This document shows positions 8,055-14,851 of a DNA stretch of 64,000 nt, piece by piece. Under the pieces are notes generated by a model that saw only the letters and a list, made by a program, of their open reading frames with translations, did not search any database and was not told the DNA's origin. Each line of letters begins with the position of its first letter. Within the stretch, counting starts at the first letter, position 1. Where the stretch lies: the IMG/VR virus record IMGVR_UViG_3300019124_000003, positions 1 through 64,000 of that record; one strand, written 5' to 3'. The translations under genes and the position numbers were made by a program. This DNA comes from a virus.

Positions 8055-8059
8055 ACCGA

Positions 8060-8089
8060 CCAAAAAGAAGGGCGGCCCGAAGACCGCCC
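8060..8089 (-). terminator. intrinsic terminator (UUCG tetraloop)
   Basis: GGGCGGTC-TTCG-GGCCGCCC then TTCTTTTTGG; G-U pair only in the minus-strand RNA. Confidence 0.7.
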
Positions 8090-8235
8090 GTAAAGTGTCG
8101 GAGACCCAAGCCTCTGCCGTTCGTCGCCCGGAGTCCGCGGACAGAGGCTCAGACCTCGTCAGCAACACACGCGAGAGAGTGGATGAACGCCTCCGGGGTG
8201 CTTGTTAGCGCGTTCGCTCGCTCACGTTTCGACAT
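8060..8235 (-). ncRNA. candidate ~170-nt sRNA antisense to the conserved early-gene leader
   Basis: Class-1-like promoter 8236-8268 and intrinsic terminator 8060-8089 with no credible ORF between; contains CUCUCUCGCGUGUGUUGCUGAC (8179->8158). Confidence 0.4.
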
Positions 8236-8268
8236 ATAGCGACACGCAGTCGGAGCGTCGAGTGGGGA
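8236..8268 (-). promoter_or_regulatory. class-1-like promoter of the candidate sRNA
   Basis: CCCCACTCGA-CGCTCCGACTGCG-TGTCGCTAT; spacer nearly identical to that of 12077-12108. Confidence 0.45.
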
Positions 8269-8328
8269 AAGGTAGGCTTGAAGAGTGCCTATGCCGTGGT
8301 AGGCGAGCGCCGCACGTCTTCCTTGTCC

Positions 8329-8585
8329 GTCTCTATAGGTGTCTCTCTACGGTCCATTCTCTACCGGTAGGTCTCTCTGTAGAGGCTATATCGTTTACCG
8401 GGTCCTCAGATGCCCGAAGCCGTCTCTCTATCTCTTATACGTAGTATCTATGTTCTATATCGAGAGACGGATTTGGGTCTCTCCGGAATATGTATTCGGG
8501 CTTGCCAGGTAAGCGATTGCCGCTTCCGCTCTCATGAGCGTGTCTCTCTTGAGCCCATGCTATCCGCTGAATTTTCGTCTCAAGA
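8329..8585. repeat. iteron-like array of GTCTCTCT(A/G) repeats
   Basis: Copies start at 8329, 8341, 8371, 8422, 8477, 8542, 8577, plus an inverted copy at 8462-8468, in a ~700-bp gene-free region. Confidence 0.8.
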
Positions 8586-8833
8586 GCTATTCCCCGCTGC
8601 CTCTGTCTGAAGCCCTTCCGGAAATGAGCCGGATTCCAAGCCTTTGCTCCCTTGGGAGCCTGATGTTGAGCGGAAAATGGGTTCGGTCGCTCAACATAGA
8701 CCAAACATAGGACCAAGAAGCTTCAACATCCTTGGCGGGTCGTTTCTTGGTCGCTTGTTACGTGGATGTTTGGCCGGTGTTTAGCGGACCGGCCGTGGCC
8801 TTGAGGACCAGGACCGCTGATTCAACATTTTGG

Positions 8834-9154
8834 TCAGGGCTGGCCGATGCCGAGATTGAGCGTCCACAGGCATTCGAACTCGCCGTCGGGGCGGATGCAG
8901 GCGTAGTCCTCTCCCCGGTAGATCATGGTCTTCATGATCCATCCCTTCCCTGCTTTCAGCCTGCCGCAGTCGCCGCTCTGATACTTCTCCTGCATGAAGC
9001 GGGCTGCCGTGGCCTTGTCCTGCTCGTTGAGCTGGATCAGCTTGTGGAAGTCCGCGATGGCGATGCAGGCCGGTAGGCTCGTCTCGATGGTGACGGGCTT
9101 TGCGAGAGCGGGTGTGGCGACTGCCAGTGCCAGCAGGAAAGCGGGTAGTCTCAT
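8834..9154 (-). CDS. secreted small protein (signal peptide)
   Basis: MRLPAFLLALAVATPALA-KP signal-like N-terminus; RBS AAAGGAGA; 4 Cys. Confidence 0.7.
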   Translation of the reverse strand: MRLPAFLLALAVATPALAKPVTIETSLPACIAIADFHKLIQLNEQDKATAARFMQEKYQSGDCGRLKAGKGWIMKTMIYRGEDYACIRPDGEFECLWTLNLGIGQP

Positions 9155-9366
9155 GTGGTGTTCTCCTTTCTTGGGGCGTATCTAGCGGTTTCTAATTCCT
9201 TGTTCCAGTCGATCGGCTTGAGGCTGATACGGCGAAGCATAGCCAGCTCTTCCTCTGTGAGGTTGGCGATGAAATTGTGACTCTTGGTCCATCCCTCGAG
9301 GGCGCCGCGGAGCTTTCCCATGAGGGCTTCGATGTCGGCTGTGATCTTCTTGGCGTGATCGCTCAT
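9151..9366 (-). CDS. hypothetical protein (71 aa)
   Basis: Start at MSDHAKK with RBS GGGAGAAG; 4-nt overlap with next gene. Confidence 0.6.
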   Translation of the reverse strand: MSDHAKKITADIEALMGKLRGALEGWTKSHNFIANLTEEELAMLRRISLKPIDWNKELETARYAPRKENTT

Positions 9367-9391
9367 AGGCTTCTCCCGCAATGATCGATGA

Positions 9392-9769
9392 TCAGATCCC
9401 CAGGCTCGCCCGGTAGCTTATGTCGAACAGAGACCAGCTCAGGCGGTCGTGGACCTGGTTGCGGTCGTGGTCCGTCATGCTCACGACCGGGAAGACATCC
9501 ACCTCGAAATCCGTGTCCGGCACGACCCGCGAGAGATCCTTGGCAACCTCCATCGGGTCGTTGGGGTCGATGTGGATCTGATAGTCGTTGAAGGCATCCG
9601 CGATCGTGGTGCCGGCGAGCTGGCAGAGCATCTCCGTTGCCGCCTCGGCGGAGAACGCCACGGCGCCGACCTCGGGCCAGTGGTCGTTGCCGGCGTCGAA
9701 ATCCCGGCGCTTGATGGTCCAGATGACCGGGTGATCGCTGGTGTTGGAATAGAGGGTCTTCGTAGGCAT
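9392..9769 (-). CDS. hypothetical protein (125 aa)
   Basis: Start at MPTKTLY with RBS GAGGA; lies downstream of palindrome-rich intergenic region. Confidence 0.65.
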   Translation of the reverse strand: MPTKTLYSNTSDHPVIWTIKRRDFDAGNDHWPEVGAVAFSAEAATEMLCQLAGTTIADAFNDYQIHIDPNDPMEVAKDLSRVVPDTDFEVDVFPVVSMTDHDRNQVHDRLSWSLFDISYRASLGI

Positions 9770-9928
9770 GGCGTCCTCGTATTGGCAGAGGACTCCTTTT
9801 ATTAGCGGTGTTTTGCCCGCCTGCAACAACCAAAAACAACGAAGTGCAAAACGCCTGACGAGTTCTCGTCGATAATTCCTTAGTTGCGATATTTAGGTAG
9901 TTCATAGCGAGTGCAAGTCCTTGCCGCG

Positions 9929-9986
9929 CAAAGGATTGAGGTGACGAATTTTCGTCAGAAATCCTTTGGTTTAACCGAATCCTTTG
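9929..9986. promoter_or_regulatory. operator-like palindromes
   Basis: CAAAGGATT (9929-9937) / AATCCTTTG (9960-9968, 9978-9986) bracket the palindrome TGACGAATTTTCGTCA (9942-9957); GACGAGTTCTCGTC at 9857-9870. Confidence 0.6.
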
Positions 9987-10198
9987 CTGTTCACATTTTC
10001 GTGATCGGGCTTCGCCTGGCGCGGCTGCCAGGAGAACCAGAGCAGGAAAACGGCGAACCAGATGGCCCAGGCGACGAAGCCGACGGCCGTGGCGATCGCC
10101 TGAAGGCTGCTGCCGAGCAGAAGCCCGTAGAGGGCCACCGGAACGCAGATCCCGAACGTCAGCATGAGGCCGAACTGGATGAGGCGTGTCGGGGTCAT
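9971..10198 (-). CDS. small membrane protein (2-3 TM)
   Basis: RBS AAGGAGAAG; strongly hydrophobic sequence. Confidence 0.65.
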   Translation of the reverse strand: MTPTRLIQFGLMLTFGICVPVALYGLLLGSSLQAIATAVGFVAWAIWFAVFLLWFSWQPRQAKPDHENVNSKGFG

Positions 10199-10207
10199 GG
10201 CTTCTCC

Positions 10208-10492
10208 TTACCTGCAACGATAGATGGATCCGGTCTGGGAGCACCTGGTGCCGTCCTCGAAGAGGATGGTCGGCTCCCGGCGCCGCGAGGGCATGTCGTC
10301 CCGTCGGCCGGTGCGGTCGCGGGTGTTGTCCTCGTTAATGATGGCCTTGCCGTCGTCGCAGTTAAGGACCGTGGTGCGGCTGTAGCGCTCCACGTAGCAG
10401 TCCTTCGCCTGGGCGACGCAGATCGCGGCGAGCCATAGAGCCGCGGCCACGCCCGCGATGATCAGAGGCATGTAGCTGTCCTGTCTCCTCAT
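10208..10492 (-). CDS. secreted or anchored Cys-containing small protein
   Basis: ATGA overlap with upstream stop; signal-like MPLIIAGVAAALWLAAICVAQA; alternative start at MPLII. Confidence 0.6.
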   Translation of the reverse strand: MRRQDSYMPLIIAGVAAALWLAAICVAQAKDCYVERYSRTTVLNCDDGKAIINEDNTRDRTGRRDDMPSRRREPTILFEDGTRCSQTGSIYRCR

Positions 10493-10935
10493 GCGTGGGC
10501 CCTCCTGTGGATCTCCTCGAGCCGCAGCCACTCCTCCAGCTCCGCGAGACGCTCGCTGGCAGAGGCCCGGCGCCAGTTCTCGTATTCGTCCAGATCATTG
10601 TCATAGACGCGGCAGAAATACATGCCCGCGGTGCCGCCGTCCGTGATCCCGAGCGGATCCATGATCGCCCGCAGCGCCGCGTCCAGATCGTCGATCTCGA
10701 TGGCCTTCGCCATGAGCCCCTGCTCCTTCGCTATCACGGCGTAGGTCTTGCGGAGCTGTGGCTCCTCGATCGGGATCTCGACCACGCCGTTCTCTTCGGG
10801 CCGGACGTTGAGGACCTCGTTGTAGTGGCCCGAGGCCCGGCAGCACGCCTGGTGCTTGGCGTCCTCCTCGTTCTCGGCCTCAACCATGAAGGCCTCGATC
10901 ATCTCCACACGGACCGATACCTCGTAGAGTGCCAT
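10489..10935 (-). CDS. hypothetical protein (148 aa)
   Basis: Start MALYEVS, RBS GGAGGGG, TGATG coupling. Confidence 0.7.
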   Translation of the reverse strand: MALYEVSVRVEMIEAFMVEAENEEDAKHQACCRASGHYNEVLNVRPEENGVVEIPIEEPQLRKTYAVIAKEQGLMAKAIEIDDLDAALRAIMDPLGITDGGTAGMYFCRVYDNDLDEYENWRRASASERLAELEEWLRLEEIHRRAHA

Positions 10936-11417
10936 CAGTTCCCCTCCCCGATCATGTCCAACAGCCAGCCGACCGCCTGCATGTGATCGTCCTCGTTCGG
11001 ATCCGCGGCTCGAGAGGCGAGCTCCAGCAGCGTCCGCAGGTGATCCATCTCGTCCGCGTCGCAGCACGCCAGGATTCCCTCAAGGTGCTCGCGGTATTCA
11101 GGGCTGATGCCAGCCTTCATGTCCCGGAGCCGCTGGAGCTTCTGCTCTTTGGTCAGCTCGGGCTCCGGAACCGCGTTCGGATCGGCGCCCCAGAGCATGA
11201 TCTGGCGGTAATCGCGGATCACGCCGAAGCGGTCGATATGCTCGACGATGACCTTCGCCGCGGGCATATCCCATGTGCGGTTCGCCCGCGCCCGTCGCTT
11301 GATGTAGTCCCAGCCGGCCCGCGCATCGTCGAACTCGGCGATGTCGGTCAGCTCCCCGACGGGGAGCTCCTGGGAATCGATGGAGTTGTAGAGGTAGAGG
11401 ACGAAGCGGGTGGTCAT
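10935..11417 (-). CDS. hypothetical protein (160 aa)
   Basis: Full ORF, ATGA coupling to upstream gene. Confidence 0.7.
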   Translation of the reverse strand: MTTRFVLYLYNSIDSQELPVGELTDIAEFDDARAGWDYIKRRARANRTWDMPAAKVIVEHIDRFGVIRDYRQIMLWGADPNAVPEPELTKEQKLQRLRDMKAGISPEYREHLEGILACCDADEMDHLRTLLELASRAADPNEDDHMQAVGWLLDMIGEGN

Positions 11418-11617
11418 GAAGCCCTCCTGACCGTGTGCCAGCAGCCGACGAAGCCGAGGATGCGATACTCCTCGCCCTTTTCGAGCGCGGCGCGGAGCTG
11501 CTCCTTCTCGCCTTCGAGCGCATCGGCGTTGACTTCGAGGAAGTGGTTGAGGTCGAAGGTGCCGATCGACACCTCTTCCTTCATTTCGAGTCCGCCTTCG
11601 AAAACCTGGATCTGCAT
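11414..11617 (-). CDS. hypothetical protein (67 aa)
   Basis: Start MQIQVFE behind class-1 promoter and leader CAACAACACGCGAGACGGAG. Confidence 0.6.
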   Translation of the reverse strand: MQIQVFEGGLEMKEEVSIGTFDLNHFLEVNADALEGEKEQLRAALEKGEEYRILGFVGCWHTVRRAS

Positions 11618-11658
11618 GGTTTCAGAACTCCGTCTCGCGTGTTGTTGACGCTCACACT

Positions 11659-11690
11659 GTCGCATGAGCGTCTGCGGATTACGGGTGGGA
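11659..11690 (-). promoter_or_regulatory. class-1 phage promoter
   Basis: TCCCACCCGT-N14-CATGCGAC upstream of 11414..11617. Confidence 0.5.
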
Positions 11691-12041
11691 AGTGAGCTTC
11701 AGAAGATCGACGCAGATCGGCACGAAACGCATCCAAAGGTGCTCGTCCTCGGGCGGCTGATCGAGGGTGCCGTCGAGGTCGTCGTAGCGGGGATGAAGCC
11801 CGATGTGGAAGCGGCGCTCGGCATCGGTGGTGCCCCAGATCGACCCCTTGTCGGCCGAGATGGACAGCCACTTCCCTTCTTCGCCGTCCCAGAGGTAGGC
11901 GTGGTTCAGGGTGCGGAGCTGGAGCTTGCGCTCGTCGGCGAGCTGCCACAGGCGATCGAAGAATTCTTGGCTCGGCGTGTCGAAGGACAGCACGTGCATG
12001 TGGATGTCGGCGTCGAAGTATATCTTAGGGTTGTGGAACAT
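11679..12041 (-). CDS. hypothetical protein (120 aa)
   Basis: Start MFHNPKI behind class-1 promoter and leader CAGCAACACGCGAGAACAG. Confidence 0.65.
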   Translation of the reverse strand: MFHNPKIYFDADIHMHVLSFDTPSQEFFDRLWQLADERKLQLRTLNHAYLWDGEEGKWLSISADKGSIWGTTDAERRFHIGLHPRYDDLDGTLDQPPEDEHLWMRFVPICVDLLKLTSHP

Positions 12042-12076
12042 TTCTGTTCTCGCGTGTTGCTGTTGACGCTTCGACA

Positions 12077-12108
12077 GTCTCACACGCTCAGCGGAGCGTC
12101 GGCTGGGA
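12077..12108 (-). promoter_or_regulatory. class-1 phage promoter
   Basis: TCCCAGCCGA-N14-TGTGAGAC upstream of 11679..12041. Confidence 0.6.
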
Positions 12109-12109
12109 T

Positions 12110-12358
12110 CTACGCGGCAATTTCTCTGGCGATCTGCCGGCCCTTTGCCGTCAGCCGCGCCACGTCGTTGTCGTTGTCCACCTCGACCAGGCCCTTCGGC
12201 GCCAAGCGGAAGATGGTGCCGGTCACGGCGCGCTCGCCGATCCACCAGGAGTAGTCGGACTGTTGGTTCGAGCGAAAGACGCGCCTTGCCTCGCCGTGCT
12301 GCCGCAGCAGCCGGATCACCTGGCGCTCGGTGTCGGTGATGAAGGTCTTCTTCGCCAT
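12110..12358 (-). CDS. hypothetical protein (82 aa), possibly DNA-binding
   Basis: Start MAKKTFI with RBS GAGAGGAA; basic, helix-rich. Confidence 0.6.
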   Translation of the reverse strand: MAKKTFITDTERQVIRLLRQHGEARRVFRSNQQSDYSWWIGERAVTGTIFRLAPKGLVEVDNDNDVARLTAKGRQIAREIAA

Positions 12359-12493
12359 TTCCTCTCGTCTCTTCGGGCTCGAAAATTCGCTCAGTGAGCG
12401 ACGGAAACGCGCTGCGCTGTCTGTGATCGTCAGATGCGCTGCCGTCGCTCTACGATGCGTTTCTGTGCGTTTTTGAGCGCTCCTCATCGAGCG

Positions 12494-12811
12494 CTATGCA
12501 GCGCTCTCGCGCAGCTTCTTGCCCCGCACATGCTTGAGCACGGCGGCGACGTTCGGCTCGACACTCGCCTCCCTGCACTTGTCGAGGTCGAGGGCGACTT
12601 CGAAGGACGACACCTCGTCCCGCTGGATGACCGAGAAGCGATGATCTCCGGTCGCGGACTGCGCGAGAATGATGGCGCCATCCACCGTGAATTCCTTCAC
12701 GAGATGGCTGTGGCCGTGCTCCGTCTCGATGATCACGCCCTTCACCAGGTCGGTCTTGGCCGGATTGAGGTCCTCAAGCGCCTTGAGGATGAGCGTCTGT
12801 GCCAGCTTCAT
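12494..12811 (-). CDS. hypothetical protein (105 aa)
   Basis: Start MKLAQTL with RBS GGGAGA just after upstream stop. Confidence 0.65.
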   Translation of the reverse strand: MKLAQTLILKALEDLNPAKTDLVKGVIIETEHGHSHLVKEFTVDGAIILAQSATGDHRFSVIQRDEVSSFEVALDLDKCREASVEPNVAAVLKHVRGKKLRESAA

Positions 12812-12821
12812 GCGGTTCTCC

Positions 12822-13049
12822 CTAGATAGCTTCCTTGATGGCCTTGAGCTTGCGCTCCAGCGCCTTCTCCCGTTCCCGCGCCGGCAGATGGATATGACCG
12901 ACGACGAACTGCTCACCGCAGCGCTCGCACGGAGCGAGGCAGTCGGCATGTTCGGTGTTGAGCCCATCGATCGCCGTCGGCCGGACGCGGAAGTAGACCG
13001 GTCGCCGCGGCGGCACGTGGCCGAAGGTCTTGCAGAGGTAGTGCGCCAT
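12822..13049 (-). CDS. small Cys-rich (zinc-binding-like) protein
   Basis: RBS GGAAGGAGGAAGG, TGATG coupling; Cys pattern C-x30-CxxxCxxC. Confidence 0.6.
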   Translation of the reverse strand: MAHYLCKTFGHVPPRRPVYFRVRPTAIDGLNTEHADCLAPCERCGEQFVVGHIHLPAREREKALERKLKAIKEAI

Positions 13050-13354
13050 CAGCCTTCCTCCTTCCAGCCGAAGGGCCGCGCCTCGATCTCCTCGCGCGTC
13101 TCGTCGGCGACGGCGTGGCAGAGGATCATCTTGTCGGCGCGGACCGAGAACGAGTTGATGTCCCTCGCGCAGCGCCCGCAGTAGTAGCGCCTGGTCGAGA
13201 GGTTGAAGTAGTTGGCGCCCGGCGCCTGGCAGGCCTCGCGGTTGCAAGAGCCCTGATACTGGCCCTTGTCGGGCTTGGTCCGGAGCGCCTCGACGATGCG
13301 CTGCGGCAGCGGGTTGCGCAGGCGCCGGCCCAGCATTTGCGAATAGCGGCCCAT
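13049..13354 (-). CDS. zinc-ribbon-like small protein
   Basis: TGATG coupling; CNREAC ... CGRC. Confidence 0.6.
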   Translation of the reverse strand: MGRYSQMLGRRLRNPLPQRIVEALRTKPDKGQYQGSCNREACQAPGANYFNLSTRRYYCGRCARDINSFSVRADKMILCHAVADETREEIEARPFGWKEEG

Positions 13355-13707
13355 CAGTCGTTCTCCGTTCCAATCGTGATGCGAATGTCGTTCTCGGCGA
13401 GCGTCTCCGCGGTCAACGAAAGTGCGAAGGCGATGATCTTCAGCTTCAGGTCGTCGAGGCTGTAGGTCTCGACACCCTCGCCGTGGCTGCCGATCTCGTA
13501 GGTGAGGTTGTAGAGAGGCGGCGGATCCTCGACGTAAGCCAGGCTCTCGCACTCGGGGCAGCGGCCCGCTGGCGACGGATCGCCGGGCGTGAGAATGGCA
13601 TCGCCGATCTCCAGCAGCTCGGACGCGGTGCCGCCCCATTCGCAGCTTCCGCAGGAAACCGGGGTGTCGTTGTCCATATCGAACACAGTTGCGGCATATC
13701 CGGTCAT
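13354..13707 (-). CDS. zinc-ribbon-like small protein
   Basis: ATGA coupling; CGSC ... CPEC. Confidence 0.65.
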   Translation of the reverse strand: MTGYAATVFDMDNDTPVSCGSCEWGGTASELLEIGDAILTPGDPSPAGRCPECESLAYVEDPPPLYNLTYEIGSHGEGVETYSLDDLKLKIIAFALSLTAETLAENDIRITIGTEND

Positions 13708-14039
13708 AGGCTCATCTCCTGGCATCCGTTTTCGCGATAGAAGGTGCGGAGCTGCTCCGCGGGCGTCTCCAGGGCGCCCTCTTCATGGGCGCGGCGGTAG
13801 AGGTAGCTTTCGGCTTCGGTGAGGGTGTCGAACACTTCCAGCTCGCCCCAGGCCTCGACCTCGAAGGCGCCGTTCAGCTCGGCGATGACCAGGAAGGCAT
13901 TCGGGTTGAGCGGGTAGACGTGGAAGGTCTCGTCGGGATCGTTGCGATAGCCCTCGCCCAGGACCTCGACGATCTTCGCATCAGCGGCCTCGCCCGAGAT
14001 CCGGGCGGCGCGAAACTGCTCTAGCGTGTGCGTTGGCAT
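13704..14039 (-). CDS. hypothetical protein (111 aa)
   Basis: First gene behind class-1 promoter at 14076-14107; SD sits in loop of CAGTCAGGAGTGACTG hairpin. Confidence 0.7.
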   Translation of the reverse strand: MPTHTLEQFRAARISGEAADAKIVEVLGEGYRNDPDETFHVYPLNPNAFLVIAELNGAFEVEAWGELEVFDTLTEAESYLYRRAHEEGALETPAEQLRTFYRENGCQEMSL

Positions 14040-14075
14040 CAGTCACTCCTGACTGTCGTTTGCTGACGTTCTTTT

Positions 14076-14107
14076 GTCTCACGACACGATTCGGAAGTCG
14101 GTTGGGA
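14076..14107 (-). promoter_or_regulatory. class-1 phage promoter
   Basis: TCCCAACCGA-N14-CGTGAGAC upstream of 13704..14039. Confidence 0.55.
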
Positions 14108-14160
14108 TGTGATAGGATAAGTAAGAACTGACTTCAAGCGATCTTTAGGGAGAGAGTCCG

Positions 14161-14826
14161 ATGATCGAAGCCTTGGCGTATTTCTTCGCCTACCTCTACG
14201 CCCCGATGAAGGCTGCCATGGTGCCGGTCGGGGTCTTCAGCAACGCGATCCGGGGCGGCCGCTACCTGCCGGAGATCGGCACGGCCAAGAAGCTCTGGCT
14301 CGCGGCCTTCCTGCTCTCGGCTTTTGCCGCCTTTCTCTATCCGCCCCATATCGCCGTGGCGATCGGCCTGGTCTTCGTGATCTGGGACTGCCTGCTGCCC
14401 TGGGGCCGCTACTTCACTCTCAATCGGCTGCCGCGGGAGCTCTCCGAGGGCCACACCCTCATCGAGCGCCTGATCGAACGCGTTTCGGACGTGGGCGGCG
14501 TTCGTCGCGACCGCGTTGCCTTCTTCATCCGTAACGTGATTGCGTTCACGGTCGCCCTGGTCGTCCTGGCGATCGCCCTGGGCGAGCCGATGCTGATCGT
14601 GCTCGCCGTCACCAGCGGCAACCCTGCCCTGCTCTGGTCGGCTCTCGCCGCTGCCAACTGGAACGTGCTGTGGCTGGCTCCGGTCGCCGCCCTTGCCCAG
14701 AACCTCGCCTACGAGATCGGTTGGGCCGTGGCCGACCGTGTGAACCCGCGGGGCGGCATCAATTATTCGGAGCATGTCTTCGGCGCCATGTGGGGCGCCG
14801 CGATCGGGTTCGGGGCGGGTTTGTAA
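14161..14826 (+). CDS. multi-pass membrane protein (221 aa)
   Basis: RBS GGGAGAGAG; several hydrophobic helices; plus-strand gene diverging from the minus-strand array. Confidence 0.75.
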   Translation: MIEALAYFFAYLYAPMKAAMVPVGVFSNAIRGGRYLPEIGTAKKLWLAAFLLSAFAAFLYPPHIAVAIGLVFVIWDCLLPWGRYFTLNRLPRELSEGHTLIERLIERVSDVGGVRRDRVAFFIRNVIAFTVALVVLAIALGEPMLIVLAVTSGNPALLWSALAAANWNVLWLAPVAALAQNLAYEIGWAVADRVNPRGGINYSEHVFGAMWGAAIGFGAGL

Positions 14827-14848
14827 CCGCGCGCTCCCGTGCTATATA
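14821..14848 (+). promoter_or_regulatory. sigma-70-like / class-2-like promoter
   Basis: TTGTAA-N16-TATATA (also TAACCG-N11-GCTATATA) at the stop of 14161..14826. Confidence 0.4.
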
Positions 14849-14851
14849 AGA

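Noticed and set aside
7477-8109. N-terminal 211 aa of the 493-aa ORF 6628..8109
   Set aside because: A conserved leader and RBS precede the internal ATG at 7476. The upstream part is Arg/Pro/Gly-rich, spans a class-1 promoter, the AT-rich inverted repeat and repeat arrays, and all six frames are open there.
8183-8239. 18-aa plus-strand ORF (MNASGVLVSAFARSRFDI) behind the plus-strand copy of the leader GTCAGCAACACACGCGAGAGAG
   Set aside because: No class-1 or class-2 promoter exists in plus orientation upstream. The minus strand has both a promoter and a terminator bracketing the segment. It remains the alternative to the sRNA hypothesis.
8329-8585. CRISPR array
   Set aside because: The repeats are only 9-10 bp, irregularly spaced (12 to about 65 bp) and partly inverted. 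No cas genes are present.
8435-8716. 93-aa minus-strand ORF in the iteron region
   Set aside because: It has no RBS or leader and junk-like composition, and it is built largely from the GTCTCTCT repeats. I treat it as non-coding.
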